Origin: an uncultured Acidobacteriota bacterium
Lineage (GTDB): Bacteria > Acidobacteriota > Thermoanaerobaculia > Multivoradales > UBA5704
DNA length: 64,000 bases
Assembly (NCBI GenBank): GCA_963770895.1
Contig: CAVYRF010000002.1
Coordinates: 5,088,001-5,152,000 of the forward strand
Direction: 5' to 3'
The position numbers and the translations under genes were made by a program. Positions 1 to 8,991 of the stretch are shown in pieces; position 1 is the stretch's first letter; the number at the start of each line of letters is the position of its first letter. The notes beneath the pieces were generated by a model. The model was not told the DNA's origin, searched no databases, and worked only from the letters and a program-made list of their open reading frames with translations.

Positions 1-134
1 CGGTGCTGGCGCCTGTGCCGCGGTGCCGCGGCCTTCGTCGCCGGTTGGGCCGGTCGCGAGCTGCGCGTCGACTGTAGCGAGAAATAGGCCAGATGTGAAC
101 GATTCATACCGTGCGAATACATGGAGAAAAGATC

Positions 135-1580
135 ATGAGTTCAGCCAAGCCGAGTCGATGCACTCTGCTCCTGGTCGTGGCGCTCCTGTCCTTGCTGATC
201 GCGCCGACGCTCCTGTGGGGCGGTGACCAGGAAAAAGACAAAAAACCTGCGACGTCGCAGCCGGCGCCGTCAGGGGCCCCCAAGTCGGCGGCGCCGGCCG
301 GTCACTCCACGGCGCAACCGGGCGGCTCTGCAGGCGCTCGGCCGGGCGGTCTTTCCGCGCCGACGAAGCTCCCCACCAAGGGGGGGCTTCCTGCAAACGG
401 CAAATCGTCTGGCGCCGCGAGTACGAGGGCGCAGGCGGCGCCACCTAACAGAAAGCCGACCCAGACCGTTCAGCTGCCAGGCGGCCCGGCGTCTGTGTCA
501 CGTCGTCCCAACGGCGCCGTCGCCACGATCCATGCGCACGGCATGACGATCAGCCATCCTCTCCGCGGTCCCAGGACGGTGGTCAAAGAAGTCAACGGCC
601 GTCAGATCGTCGCGACCGGTGGCCGCAGAGGCTACGTCCAGCGAGCATACTTCAGCCGCGACGGCAGGACCTACGTCCAGCGCACCTACGTGGTGCACGG
701 CGTCTCCTACGCCTCGGTCTACCACTCTTACAGCTATCGCGGAGTCGTGTACTACGGCTATGTGCCGGCGTACTACTACAGGCCCGTCTACTACGGTTGG
801 GCCTACGAGCCGTGGGGGGCGCCGGTGGCCTACGGTCCCGCGGCATGGGGCTGGGGCGGTTCCCCCTGGTACGGCTTCTACGGAGCCTATTTCACACCGT
901 ACCCCGCCTATGCCGGCGCCTCCCAGTGGCTTGCGGACTACCTGGTGGCGGCAAATCTCCAGGCCGCCTACGACGCCAGAAGCCAGGTGGACGCAAGCTC
1001 GGCTGCCGGTGGCGCGGCGGCGAGGAACGCGGCGCTGAGCCCCGAGGTCAAGCAGATGATCGCTGAGGAGGTGAGGAACCAGCTGGCCGCGTCGAAGGTG
1101 GCGGCGAGCTCGAAGGCAACGGCAACGAGCGCCGATCAGCAACCGGATGCGCTCAATCCGGCCGAGCGGACCTTCGTGGTGTCCAGCCACCTCGATGTCG
1201 CCACCGCGACCGGGGAGTGCGGCCTGGGCCCCGGCGACGTGCTCATGCGGATCTCGGACGCACCGGACGCCAACCAGAGCGTATCCGCCAGCGTGCAGGG
1301 CAGCAAACAAGCCGATTGCCCGGTCGGAGCCACCGTCTCGGTCGGCCTCCAAGACCTGCAAGAAATGCACAACAGCTTCCGCCAGCAGCTCGACGCGGGG
1401 CTGCAAACCCTGGCCAGCAACGCGGGCAAGGGCGGTCTGCCGCAGGCACCGGACACCACGACGATCGGCAGCGAAGTCGCCGCGCCGACGCCCGACAAGA
1501 ATGCGGCAGATCAGCTCGATAGTGCCGAACAGGAGGCCGAGTCGGTCGACAAAGCAATTCCGGCGTCGGGCGGCCATTAA
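135..1580 (+). CDS. Secreted hypothetical protein with Pro/Ala/Gly-rich N-region and Tyr/Trp/Gly-rich central segment
   Basis: ATG at 135 after GGAGA; signal peptide (CTLLLVVALLSLLIAPTLLWG); Tyr-rich block YVPAYYYRPVYYGWAY; globular C-terminal half. Confidence 0.8.
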   Translation: MSSAKPSRCTLLLVVALLSLLIAPTLLWGGDQEKDKKPATSQPAPSGAPKSAAPAGHSTAQPGGSAGARPGGLSAPTKLPTKGGLPANGKSSGAASTRAQAAPPNRKPTQTVQLPGGPASVSRRPNGAVATIHAHGMTISHPLRGPRTVVKEVNGRQIVATGGRRGYVQRAYFSRDGRTYVQRTYVVHGVSYASVYHSYSYRGVVYYGYVPAYYYRPVYYGWAYEPWGAPVAYGPAAWGWGGSPWYGFYGAYFTPYPAYAGASQWLADYLVAANLQAAYDARSQVDASSAAGGAAARNAALSPEVKQMIAEEVRNQLAASKVAASSKATATSADQQPDALNPAERTFVVSSHLDVATATGECGLGPGDVLMRISDAPDANQSVSASVQGSKQADCPVGATVSVGLQDLQEMHNSFRQQLDAGLQTLASNAGKGGLPQAPDTTTIGSEVAAPTPDKNAADQLDSAEQEAESVDKAIPASGGH

Positions 1581-1610
1581 CCTAGACGTTGCTCCAATGG
1601 AGAATCGACG

Positions 1611-2402
1611 ATGAACCAGGCAACCCGCAGGGCGATCATGATCGCGTGCTGGTTCGCGGTGGCGAAGCTGGCGTGCTCAGCGGCGGCGGCCCAGAGCTCG
1701 GCGCCTCCCTCGACCGCGGAACAGCTGCAGGCCCAATACAAGCCCCTCAAGACGACGAGGGATTCCAGCGGCAATGTTGCGGTCACCGATGGAACCGTGC
1801 TCGTCGTTCGCAAAGCGGGGCTGACGGCGCTGCCCGTCAGCCACCCTCTCAACCCGTGTGCCTCGACCTATGCCGACGGCCGGCTCAAGGCGCCGCGTTT
1901 TGTCTGCCAGCTGGCGATCCAGGCCGCAAGCAGGGGAACCAACGGCCCTCCGACCGTGGACCTGCCGGTGGGACAGAAGGCTTATCCTTCGGCCATCGCG
2001 GTCGACTCCAGACATGAGACGATCAAGTTCGAGCTCGCCGCCTGCGACGTTTGCAGCGGCGCCGACGCCAACTATTTCAAGGCGGAGGTCGACTTTCAGC
2101 TCCCCAAGGGGATGCTCGCCAGCGGCGACATCTCGCAAGTGGAGGACCTGATCGGTCAGGTCCTCTCGATCGACACCAGCGGCGGCGATCAGGCCCAGGC
2201 CCCGCAGGCGGCCCCGGCGCAACCGGCAACCGCCGCGGCAGCACGCGAGCCGGTGAGCATTCAACAGGGCCAGACGATCGGGGACGTCGAGCAGGCTCTT
2301 GGCAAGCCGGTGAAAACGCTCACCGTCGCAAACAAGGTCATCTACGTCTATCCGGATCTGAAGATCACGTTCATGAACGGCAAGGTGACGGACGTGCAGT
2401 AG
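1611..2402 (+). CDS. Secreted hypothetical protein with small C-terminal SmpA/OmlA-like domain
   Basis: GGAGA RBS; signal peptide; C-terminal GQTIGDVEQALGKP...IYVYPDLKITFMNGKVTDVQ; 30 bp downstream of previous gene. Confidence 0.8.
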   Translation: MNQATRRAIMIACWFAVAKLACSAAAAQSSAPPSTAEQLQAQYKPLKTTRDSSGNVAVTDGTVLVVRKAGLTALPVSHPLNPCASTYADGRLKAPRFVCQLAIQAASRGTNGPPTVDLPVGQKAYPSAIAVDSRHETIKFELAACDVCSGADANYFKAEVDFQLPKGMLASGDISQVEDLIGQVLSIDTSGGDQAQAPQAAPAQPATAAAAREPVSIQQGQTIGDVEQALGKPVKTLTVANKVIYVYPDLKITFMNGKVTDVQ

Positions 2403-2484
2403 CGGGACGACGGACGCAGGCGCCCGCCATCTCGGCGTGCGTCTGTGTCCACCCAGGCTTGAGAAGCTCGGGCGGGTTTGCAGC

Positions 2485-4947
2485 TCATTCCGAGCGCAGG
2501 GCTTCGATGGCGTCCACCCTGGCGGCGCGCGCCGCGGGGAGCGCCGATGCGACCATGGCGGCGGCCAGGATGACCGCGGCCGAGAGAAGCAATGTCATCG
2601 CTCCCGGCAGCCGGACATCCGCAATGAAGCTGCCGACCAGGCGTTCGGCGGCCAGTCCGATCAGGAGACCCGCGGCCACGCCCACGATGGCGATGACCAG
2701 ACCCTCCAGCAGCACCTTGGCGAGGATGCCGTGAGGCTGCGCTCCCAGCGCCAGGCGGATGCCGAACTCGCGGGTGCGGCCGCTCACGGAGAAGGCAAGC
2801 ACGCCCGCGACGCCCACCACCGAGATCAGGACAGCCAGACCGGCAAATCCTCCAAAGACGATGGCGTTGAGGCGGTCGGGCGTCAGGACCTCGGCGCGGA
2901 TGTCGTCGAGCGTGCTGGCCTGCTCCACGGGCTGGTCGGCGGCCATCTGGTGGATGATTTGGCTGATGGCGGGGACCAGCGCGTACGGGTCATGGTGGGC
3001 GCGGACGAACAGGCGGCCGTTGAACCCCTCCTGTTCGACGGGTTGATACACCTTCATGCTCGGCAGCGGAATGATGTTCTCGTCGTCAAAGTCCGGCACC
3101 ACGCCGACGATCCGCCGTGGCGTGCCGCTGATGCCGATGAACTTGATGACGCCATCGGTCCACCACAGGTGACGGCCGACGGCGTGGCGCCCCGGGAAGA
3201 GCTGCTGGGCGACGCTGCGGCTGATGATCACCACCTGCTCGGCGCCGTCGCGATCTGAATCCTGGAAATCACGGCCTTCCTGGATCGGCACACCCAGCGT
3301 TTCGAAAAAGCCCGGAGATATCGGGCGGAAGCGGGCGCGCAGGTCCTCCATCCCGTTTTCGCGCCTGGCACCTTCCGCGGCGAAGGCGAGGCTGATGGTG
3401 AGGGCGCGGCCGTCACGCCATGGCACGCCGAAACCGGTGGAGACGCGCTCGACTCCCGGCAAGGCGGCGATCCGCTGCTGCACGTCGCGATAGAACTGCC
3501 GGACCTGTTGCGGCGTCCTGCCGTAGGACATCACCGGCAGGTCCACGGCCAGGACATGCGCGGTTTCGAAGGGCGGTTGCGTCTTCTCCAACGCCATGAG
3601 GGTCCGCAATAGCGCGCCGGCGCCGGCGAGCAGTGAGAACGCGGCAATCACCTGTGCTACGGCAAACAACCGCAGCAGCCGCGTGCTGCCGCCGGTAACG
3701 CGGCCGCCGCCGCCCGCGAGCCCCAACCGGCCAGACACGTCCGCCGACGGCAAGCGCGGGACGAAGGCCAGGAAGACGCCGGCGACCAGCGCCAGCGCAC
3801 CGCCGATCCAAAGCAGATTGGAATCGAGCTTGAGATCGAGCGCGCGCGCCGAGAAGCGCGCCGCATAGCGCGCCAGCACCGAGACCATGGGAGCCGCGAT
3901 GAGCACGCCGGCCAGCGCGCCGCTTGCGGAAAGCACGATTCCCTCCGCCAGGAGAGACCGGCGGAGCGATCCCCGGGTGGCTCCCAACGCCACGCGCACC
4001 GCCAGCTCGGACTCGCGGTGAACGGCCCGCGCCAGGACGAGATTGGCGACGTTCGAGCAGGCGATCACGAACAGCAGGCCGGAGGCGGCCAAGAGCACCC
4101 ATAGGATGGTCTTGGCACGCGCATTGAGCTGGTCATGCAGCCGCGTCACATCGATCTTGTAGCGATCCTGCGGCTTGTAGACATCCGGGTGGGCGCCGAG
4201 CATCGCCGCATACACCGCGCCCAGCTCGGCGCGCGCGGTAACAAGCTCCGCGCCGGGAGCAAGCCGGGCGAAGACCTCGGTCATGCGATGCTCGCGGCCG
4301 GTGACCATGGTGGCGGAAAGGTGATGCGGGCTGGTGACGATGTTGGCGATCAGCTCGGTCTCGGTCGGGTAGGGGACCGATGGCTCCAGGACTCCGACGA
4401 TCACCGCGTTGCGTGCTCCGCCATAGCTTTCGAGCCGGATCGTCTTGCCGAGCACGGCGGGGTCGGAGTGCAACCCGGTCTTCCAGAAGCGATACGTGAG
4501 CACCGCCGCCCCCGCGGCGTTCGGGCCGTCGTCCTGGGGCCCGAGCAGCCGTCCCAGCACCGGGCGCAGGCCCATCACTTCGAAGTAGCTGCCGTCGACC
4601 ACCCCGGCGCGGATTTCGCGGGGCTGGCCCAGCCCCACCAGCCCGATGTCGAGCTCCGAAAAGGTGCCGAGCTTGGTGATGCTCTTGAGCCCCGAGCCGA
4701 TATCGTCGATCTCCGGGATGGAGAAGGCGGCATTGTCGACGCCGATCCCAGGAGCGCTCTGGCGAACGTAGAGCAGACGATCCTCGTCGCGATTGGCCAG
4801 CGGGCGCAGGAGCACACCGCGCACGACACTGAAGATCGCCGCGTTCGCGCCGATGCCCAGGGCCAGGGTGGCGGCGACGGTGATCCACAAGGTGCGGGCC
4901 CGCGCCAGGGAGCGCAGCGCTACTTTCAAATCGCGAAGGAAGGACAT
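2485..4947 (-). CDS. ABC transporter permease, duplicated MacB/FtsX (ADOP-type)
   Basis: N-terminal DLKVALRSL...TLALGIGANAAIFSVV; two FtsX motifs (IACSNVANL...ELAVRVALGA and RTREFGIRLALGA); ends PAARAARVDAIEALRSE; GGAGG before ATG at 4947. Confidence 0.92.
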   Translation of the reverse strand: MSFLRDLKVALRSLARARTLWITVAATLALGIGANAAIFSVVRGVLLRPLANRDEDRLLYVRQSAPGIGVDNAAFSIPEIDDIGSGLKSITKLGTFSELDIGLVGLGQPREIRAGVVDGSYFEVMGLRPVLGRLLGPQDDGPNAAGAAVLTYRFWKTGLHSDPAVLGKTIRLESYGGARNAVIVGVLEPSVPYPTETELIANIVTSPHHLSATMVTGREHRMTEVFARLAPGAELVTARAELGAVYAAMLGAHPDVYKPQDRYKIDVTRLHDQLNARAKTILWVLLAASGLLFVIACSNVANLVLARAVHRESELAVRVALGATRGSLRRSLLAEGIVLSASGALAGVLIAAPMVSVLARYAARFSARALDLKLDSNLLWIGGALALVAGVFLAFVPRLPSADVSGRLGLAGGGGRVTGGSTRLLRLFAVAQVIAAFSLLAGAGALLRTLMALEKTQPPFETAHVLAVDLPVMSYGRTPQQVRQFYRDVQQRIAALPGVERVSTGFGVPWRDGRALTISLAFAAEGARRENGMEDLRARFRPISPGFFETLGVPIQEGRDFQDSDRDGAEQVVIISRSVAQQLFPGRHAVGRHLWWTDGVIKFIGISGTPRRIVGVVPDFDDENIIPLPSMKVYQPVEQEGFNGRLFVRAHHDPYALVPAISQIIHQMAADQPVEQASTLDDIRAEVLTPDRLNAIVFGGFAGLAVLISVVGVAGVLAFSVSGRTREFGIRLALGAQPHGILAKVLLEGLVIAIVGVAAGLLIGLAAERLVGSFIADVRLPGAMTLLLSAAVILAAAMVASALPAARAARVDAIEALRSE

Positions 4948-5149
4948 CCGCGGCCTCCGTTCGTGCCAGTCGCGCCGCCGGCCGGCGAGCTCGGATGACC
5001 CAAAGATCACCGCCGCCTGCTGGTGGCGGATCGGCTCCCTGGTTCCGCTGCTTGGGGCGCCCCCCTATTCTTGACGATGATGCGGCAGGTGTCCAGAGCC
5101 AGCTCGCCGGCCGGTGTCTGTCCAGCGGACTCGCCGGAGCGCCCCGGCC

Positions 5150-5572
5150 CTACTCTTCGAGCGGCTTCGGTGTCGAGCCCCGCGGCTGGTGATAGATGCC
5201 GGCCCAGAAGGGGCCGGTCGCCTGATGAATCGTGTTGACGTCGTGATAGAGGACCGTGCCACGTGTGCATTGCACCGGGGTTCCGTCGTCGGCGATGTCG
5301 TCGAGCTCGCCGGCGAGCGTGATGACGATCTCGCCGTAGATCCCGCCCGGATTGTGGAGGTGGCGGGGCGAGCCCCAGTTCTCGACCGCGGCGACGGCCC
5401 AGATCTCCTTGGTTTCCGGGTTCACGAAGAGCGGCGCCAGGGCTCGCACGCGCCGATTGGCCGGATCGCTTTCGACCTGCCACTTGAGTCCAAGGGGCGC
5501 GAGCTTTTCCATCACCCCCTGCACACTACGGATCGAATCATCAACCTCGAACAGCGCAGCCGGAAAGTTCAT
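5150..5572 (-). CDS. Cupin-fold protein
   Basis: AAAGGAGA RBS; cupin motifs HLH...GEIVITLAGELDD and GTVLYH...IHQA. Confidence 0.7.
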   Translation of the reverse strand: MNFPAALFEVDDSIRSVQGVMEKLAPLGLKWQVESDPANRRVRALAPLFVNPETKEIWAVAAVENWGSPRHLHNPGGIYGEIVITLAGELDDIADDGTPVQCTRGTVLYHDVNTIHQATGPFWAGIYHQPRGSTPKPLEE

Positions 5573-5750
5573 GGTGTGCTCTCCTTTGTAGAGACCTGCA
5601 AGAAGCTCAGAAGAGGCTGGTCAGGCCTCTGCAGCAGCTCCGCGGCGCAAGTGCCCTGGATGGCGGACTTCAGTGATGATCCTTACTCGAAGGCTCTGCT
5701 TGCGCAAGGGCGGTCTGGCCAGAAGCGCGCGGCGGGGGGGCGCTGGCGCC

Positions 5751-6079
5751 TCAGGCCCGCCGGAGCGCCAGGCGCAGGCCGAGCAGGGTCAGGGCCAGCA
5801 CGAACGTGAGCGCCAGGGCGCCCAGGAGGCGGTCCAGGTTTGGGATGCCGGTCCATTGCAGATAGTGGATCCGGTAGAGCAGGTCGATGCGTTCGGTGTC
5901 CCGGCCGCGCTGGCGCAGGCTCAGCCGCAGGGTGCCGCCAGAGGGTAGGTCCTGACCGACAGCGTCTGATACGCCTTCGCATACCCCGGCTTCAGGAAGA
6001 AGACGAAGCCGGTCGCGACCCAGCCCAGGAAGGGGAGCAGCAGAACGATCCCGAGCAAGCGGTGCAGCTTTCTGGTCGT
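5751..6079 (-). pseudogene. PepSY-associated TM protein remnant, frameshifted and internally deleted
   Basis: TRKLHRLLGIVLLLPFLGWVATG (PepSY_TM-like) in one frame; LLYRIHYLQWTG...hydrophobic C-terminus in another frame; junction near 5940; ACG where an ATG is expected. Confidence 0.65.
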
Positions 6080-6348
6080 GCGTCGGGGGTGCCGGCAGCG
6101 CCGCGGGCGCGGCGATCGCGCGCCGGTCCGGCTGGCTGGGTGCGTGGGGGCGCGATCGCATGGGCGGGCGGTCGTCGGAGTGGGGGGAGCGCGGGAAGGG
6201 GCGGGCTGGCGCCGCGGGGATCGCGGCCGGGATTCTAGCCCGGGTGGCGGCGTCCGTCGCGGCGGTATCGGCACTGATCTTGCAGATCAGGCTTCTGGCC
6301 GGTATTGCCAATGTCGCAGGTTGAGGAGAGACCTATGGAGACACGGAC

Positions 6349-7275
6349 ATGAAGATCGATCGCCCTCGCCCCTTGGGCGCCCTGTTGCGCGGGCTTTGCC
6401 CGTTTCTCGTCGTGGCGGCGTTCGCGTTGCCGGCGGTGGCCGTGGCGGCGGCGAGCGAGCTGCCGCCGCTGAACGATCCCGCCAGCTCCGAGCATCACGT
6501 AGGTAAGGTGATCTGGGTTGAGCTGGTGACGCCGGACCTTGCCGGTGCGAAGAAATTCTATTCCGGCCTGTTCGGCTGGACCTTCCGTGACACGCAGGTG
6601 GGCAAGTCGGACTATACCGTCGCGTTGCTCGATGGCGTGCCGGTGGGAGGCCTTTTCGTGCGGCCGCGGCCGGCCGGTGAACAGCTGCGGCCGACCTGGT
6701 TGACGTTCATCGCCGTCAAGGACGTCGAGGCGGCGAAGCGGACCGCGCTGGCGCACGGCGCCAAGGTCGTGTCAGAGCCCAAGAGTCACCCCAAACGCGG
6801 CACCCAGGCGATTCTTACCGATCCCGAAGGGGCTCACTTTGCAGTGCTCGCCTCCAGCAGCGGTGATCCATCCGACTACCTGGCGGCGCCCGGCGAGTGG
6901 ATCTGGAGCTCGCTTCACGTCGGCGACGTCGACAAGGCCGCGGCCTTCTATCAGACGCTTTTCGGCTATGACGTGTTCGACCTGGAAGCGGATGACGGTG
7001 CGGAGCACGTCATCCTGTCGAGCGACGACTACGCTCGTGCCAGCGTGAATGCCTTGCCCTCGGGTTCGAGCCTTCATCCTCACTGGCTCAACTTCGTGCG
7101 CGTCGTGGATACCGGTGCCGCGGCGGCGAAGGTGGTTGCGCTGGGCGGGCGGGTGCTGGTCGAACCGCACCTCGATCGCCATGGCGGCAAGGTGGCCGTG
7201 GTCGCCGATCCGGCGGGAGCCCCCTTCGGTTTGATGGAGTGGTCGGAAGCAGACACCAAGAAGGAGCCGAAATGA
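6349..7275 (+). CDS. VOC (glyoxalase/bleomycin-resistance) family protein, two domains, with signal peptide
   Basis: Two repeats WVEL.TPDLAGAKKFYSGLFGW / WSSL...DVDKAAAFYQTLFGY, each ending DPxGAxF. Confidence 0.9.
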   Translation: MKIDRPRPLGALLRGLCPFLVVAAFALPAVAVAAASELPPLNDPASSEHHVGKVIWVELVTPDLAGAKKFYSGLFGWTFRDTQVGKSDYTVALLDGVPVGGLFVRPRPAGEQLRPTWLTFIAVKDVEAAKRTALAHGAKVVSEPKSHPKRGTQAILTDPEGAHFAVLASSSGDPSDYLAAPGEWIWSSLHVGDVDKAAAFYQTLFGYDVFDLEADDGAEHVILSSDDYARASVNALPSGSSLHPHWLNFVRVVDTGAAAAKVVALGGRVLVEPHLDRHGGKVAVVADPAGAPFGLMEWSEADTKKEPK

Positions 7276-7565
7276 GCATCTCGCTGCGACGTGTGGGTCT
7301 GGGTGTGCTCGGCTGCCTGATGCTGGCGATGGTCGCTGCCTGCGTGGCGTCGGTGGGAGTTGCCGGGGACGACTACTATGACGGCCCAGGGTACGTGGAC
7401 GGAGGGTACGTAGGGACGGGGGTCGTGTACGGCGGCTGGGACCGCTATCACGTGGGACCGCCCCGCGGTGGCGAACGCCGCCACGACGATCGCGCCCACA
7501 GCTATCGGCCGGCGGACCGGTCACACCCCACTCCGTCGATTCCCAATCGCGCGCATCACCACTAA
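7272..7565 (+). CDS. Small putative lipoprotein, Gly/Tyr-rich then Arg/His-rich
   Basis: ATGA overlap with VOC stop; AAGGAG RBS; hydrophobic signal ending VAAC. Confidence 0.7.
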   Translation: MSISLRRVGLGVLGCLMLAMVAACVASVGVAGDDYYDGPGYVDGGYVGTGVVYGGWDRYHVGPPRGGERRHDDRAHSYRPADRSHPTPSIPNRAHHH

Positions 7566-7587
7566 AGAGGCCTTCTGCCCAGCCGCT

Positions 7588-7627
7588 CGCGCGCCCGGCC
7601 CCTGCACCAGGGCCGGGCGCGCGTTTT
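7588..7627 (+). terminator. Rho-independent terminator
   Basis: 13-bp stem CGCGCGCCCGGCC/GGCCGGGCGCGCG followed by TTTT, between convergent genes. Confidence 0.7.
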
Positions 7628-7643
7628 GGCGAGAGTCCGCAGC

Positions 7644-8801
7644 CTACGGAGAGGACGCAGCGGCCGCGGGCGTATTGGGCGCTGCTGGGGGCGCACCTGG
7701 CGCGCCGCCGGGCGGGCCGACAAAAATGTTCTTTGGCAGGCGGACGTGGACGCCGAAGTTGGGCAAGTCGACGAGCTGCGTCACGGCGACGTTGCCGGCG
7801 ATGCTGACCAGCTGATAGGCCTGGTGCCTGGTCAGCTTGCGGGTCGCGGCGACGAAGTCGATCATCTGCTGGATGGCGGCCTTGGTCGCGACCATGAGGT
7901 CCGGGTCGGTGGCCATGGTAATGAAGTCGGTCGGGGTCTCGGCAGCGGGCCAGGTGAGCTTCATGTCCTTGCGGACGGTGAGCTGGATGCGCCCGCGCAG
8001 CGAGGTTTCGATCGCGGTCTGGTCGACCTCGCCGTCGCCTTGCGCGGCATGCCCGTCGCCCACCTCGAACAGGGCGCCGGGCGCGAACACCGGGATCCAC
8101 AGCGTCGCGCCGACGCCCAGCTCCTTGTTGTCGAGATTTCCCGCATGCCGTCCGGGCGGCGTGCTGTTGACGCGTCCCAGCGCCGGCGCCGGTGCCACCC
8201 CCATGCTGCCGAAAAATGGGTGCAGCGGGATCTCGATGCCGGGCGCGAACGTCGCAGTCATGGCGCGCGCGTCGATGGGGATGATGCGCGAGACGGCGCC
8301 GGCGTCGCAGTTGTCGGGCAGGATGCCCCTGCACCCGTTGTAGCCGTAGTCGATGGCAAAATCGAGCGCCAGGATCTTGACTTCGAGCACGTCGCCCGGC
8401 TGCGCGCCTTCGACGTACACCGGGCCGGTGAGGATGTGCCCACCCGGACCGCGGCGGTCGCCGGTGACGCCGGCGACGATCGCCTTGAGCGACGCCTGAA
8501 TCTTTGCCTCAGGCACGCCGGCGCGGGCCAGGCCGGCGGGAGTGTTGGTCAGCAGCGTGTCGACGTCGATGATGTCGCCCGACGCGATGCGCAGCGCCGG
8601 TGTCGCCTCGGACCAATAGTAGCCGTAGGCGACGGTCGCCGGCGTCGCTTCCAGGCGGTGCGTCCGCGCTGGCGGCGCCGACTTGCCGGCCGCGCCGGTA
8701 GCTCCGCCAGCGGTTGGCGCGGCTGCTGGGGCTGCCGCCGCGGACGCGGCAAGCGTGGCGATCAAAACGACGGACGCGGTGGCGACGGCGCAGGTTCGCA
8801 T
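7644..8801 (-). CDS. Acetamidase/formamidase family protein, secreted
   Basis: GHILTGPVYVEGAQPGDVLEV, GNLDNKEL, GDGHAAQGDGEV motifs; signal peptide. Confidence 0.92.
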   Translation of the reverse strand: MRTCAVATASVVLIATLAASAAAAPAAAPTAGGATGAAGKSAPPARTHRLEATPATVAYGYYWSEATPALRIASGDIIDVDTLLTNTPAGLARAGVPEAKIQASLKAIVAGVTGDRRGPGGHILTGPVYVEGAQPGDVLEVKILALDFAIDYGYNGCRGILPDNCDAGAVSRIIPIDARAMTATFAPGIEIPLHPFFGSMGVAPAPALGRVNSTPPGRHAGNLDNKELGVGATLWIPVFAPGALFEVGDGHAAQGDGEVDQTAIETSLRGRIQLTVRKDMKLTWPAAETPTDFITMATDPDLMVATKAAIQQMIDFVAATRKLTRHQAYQLVSIAGNVAVTQLVDLPNFGVHVRLPKNIFVGPPGGAPGAPPAAPNTPAAAASSP

Positions 8802-8991
8802 GATGTCGCACACGCTACCATACGCCTTGGGAACCCCTGAACCGTCAGGGTACCCTCAACCGTACCTACGAGGACGGGGTGCGCTCCGCGCCGGTGCTCG
8901 GTGGCGGTAGAATGCGGCCACGGGCACGTCGACGACGCGTCGCGGAAGGTCTTGCCTGCCCCTTTGACCCCTGCCAAGGAGAGCTTGTCTG

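Noticed and set aside
8820-8991. Imperfect hairpin upstream of glnS as a possible T-box or riboswitch
   Set aside because: No T-box consensus or terminator/antiterminator seen; region is short and shared with a divergent promoter
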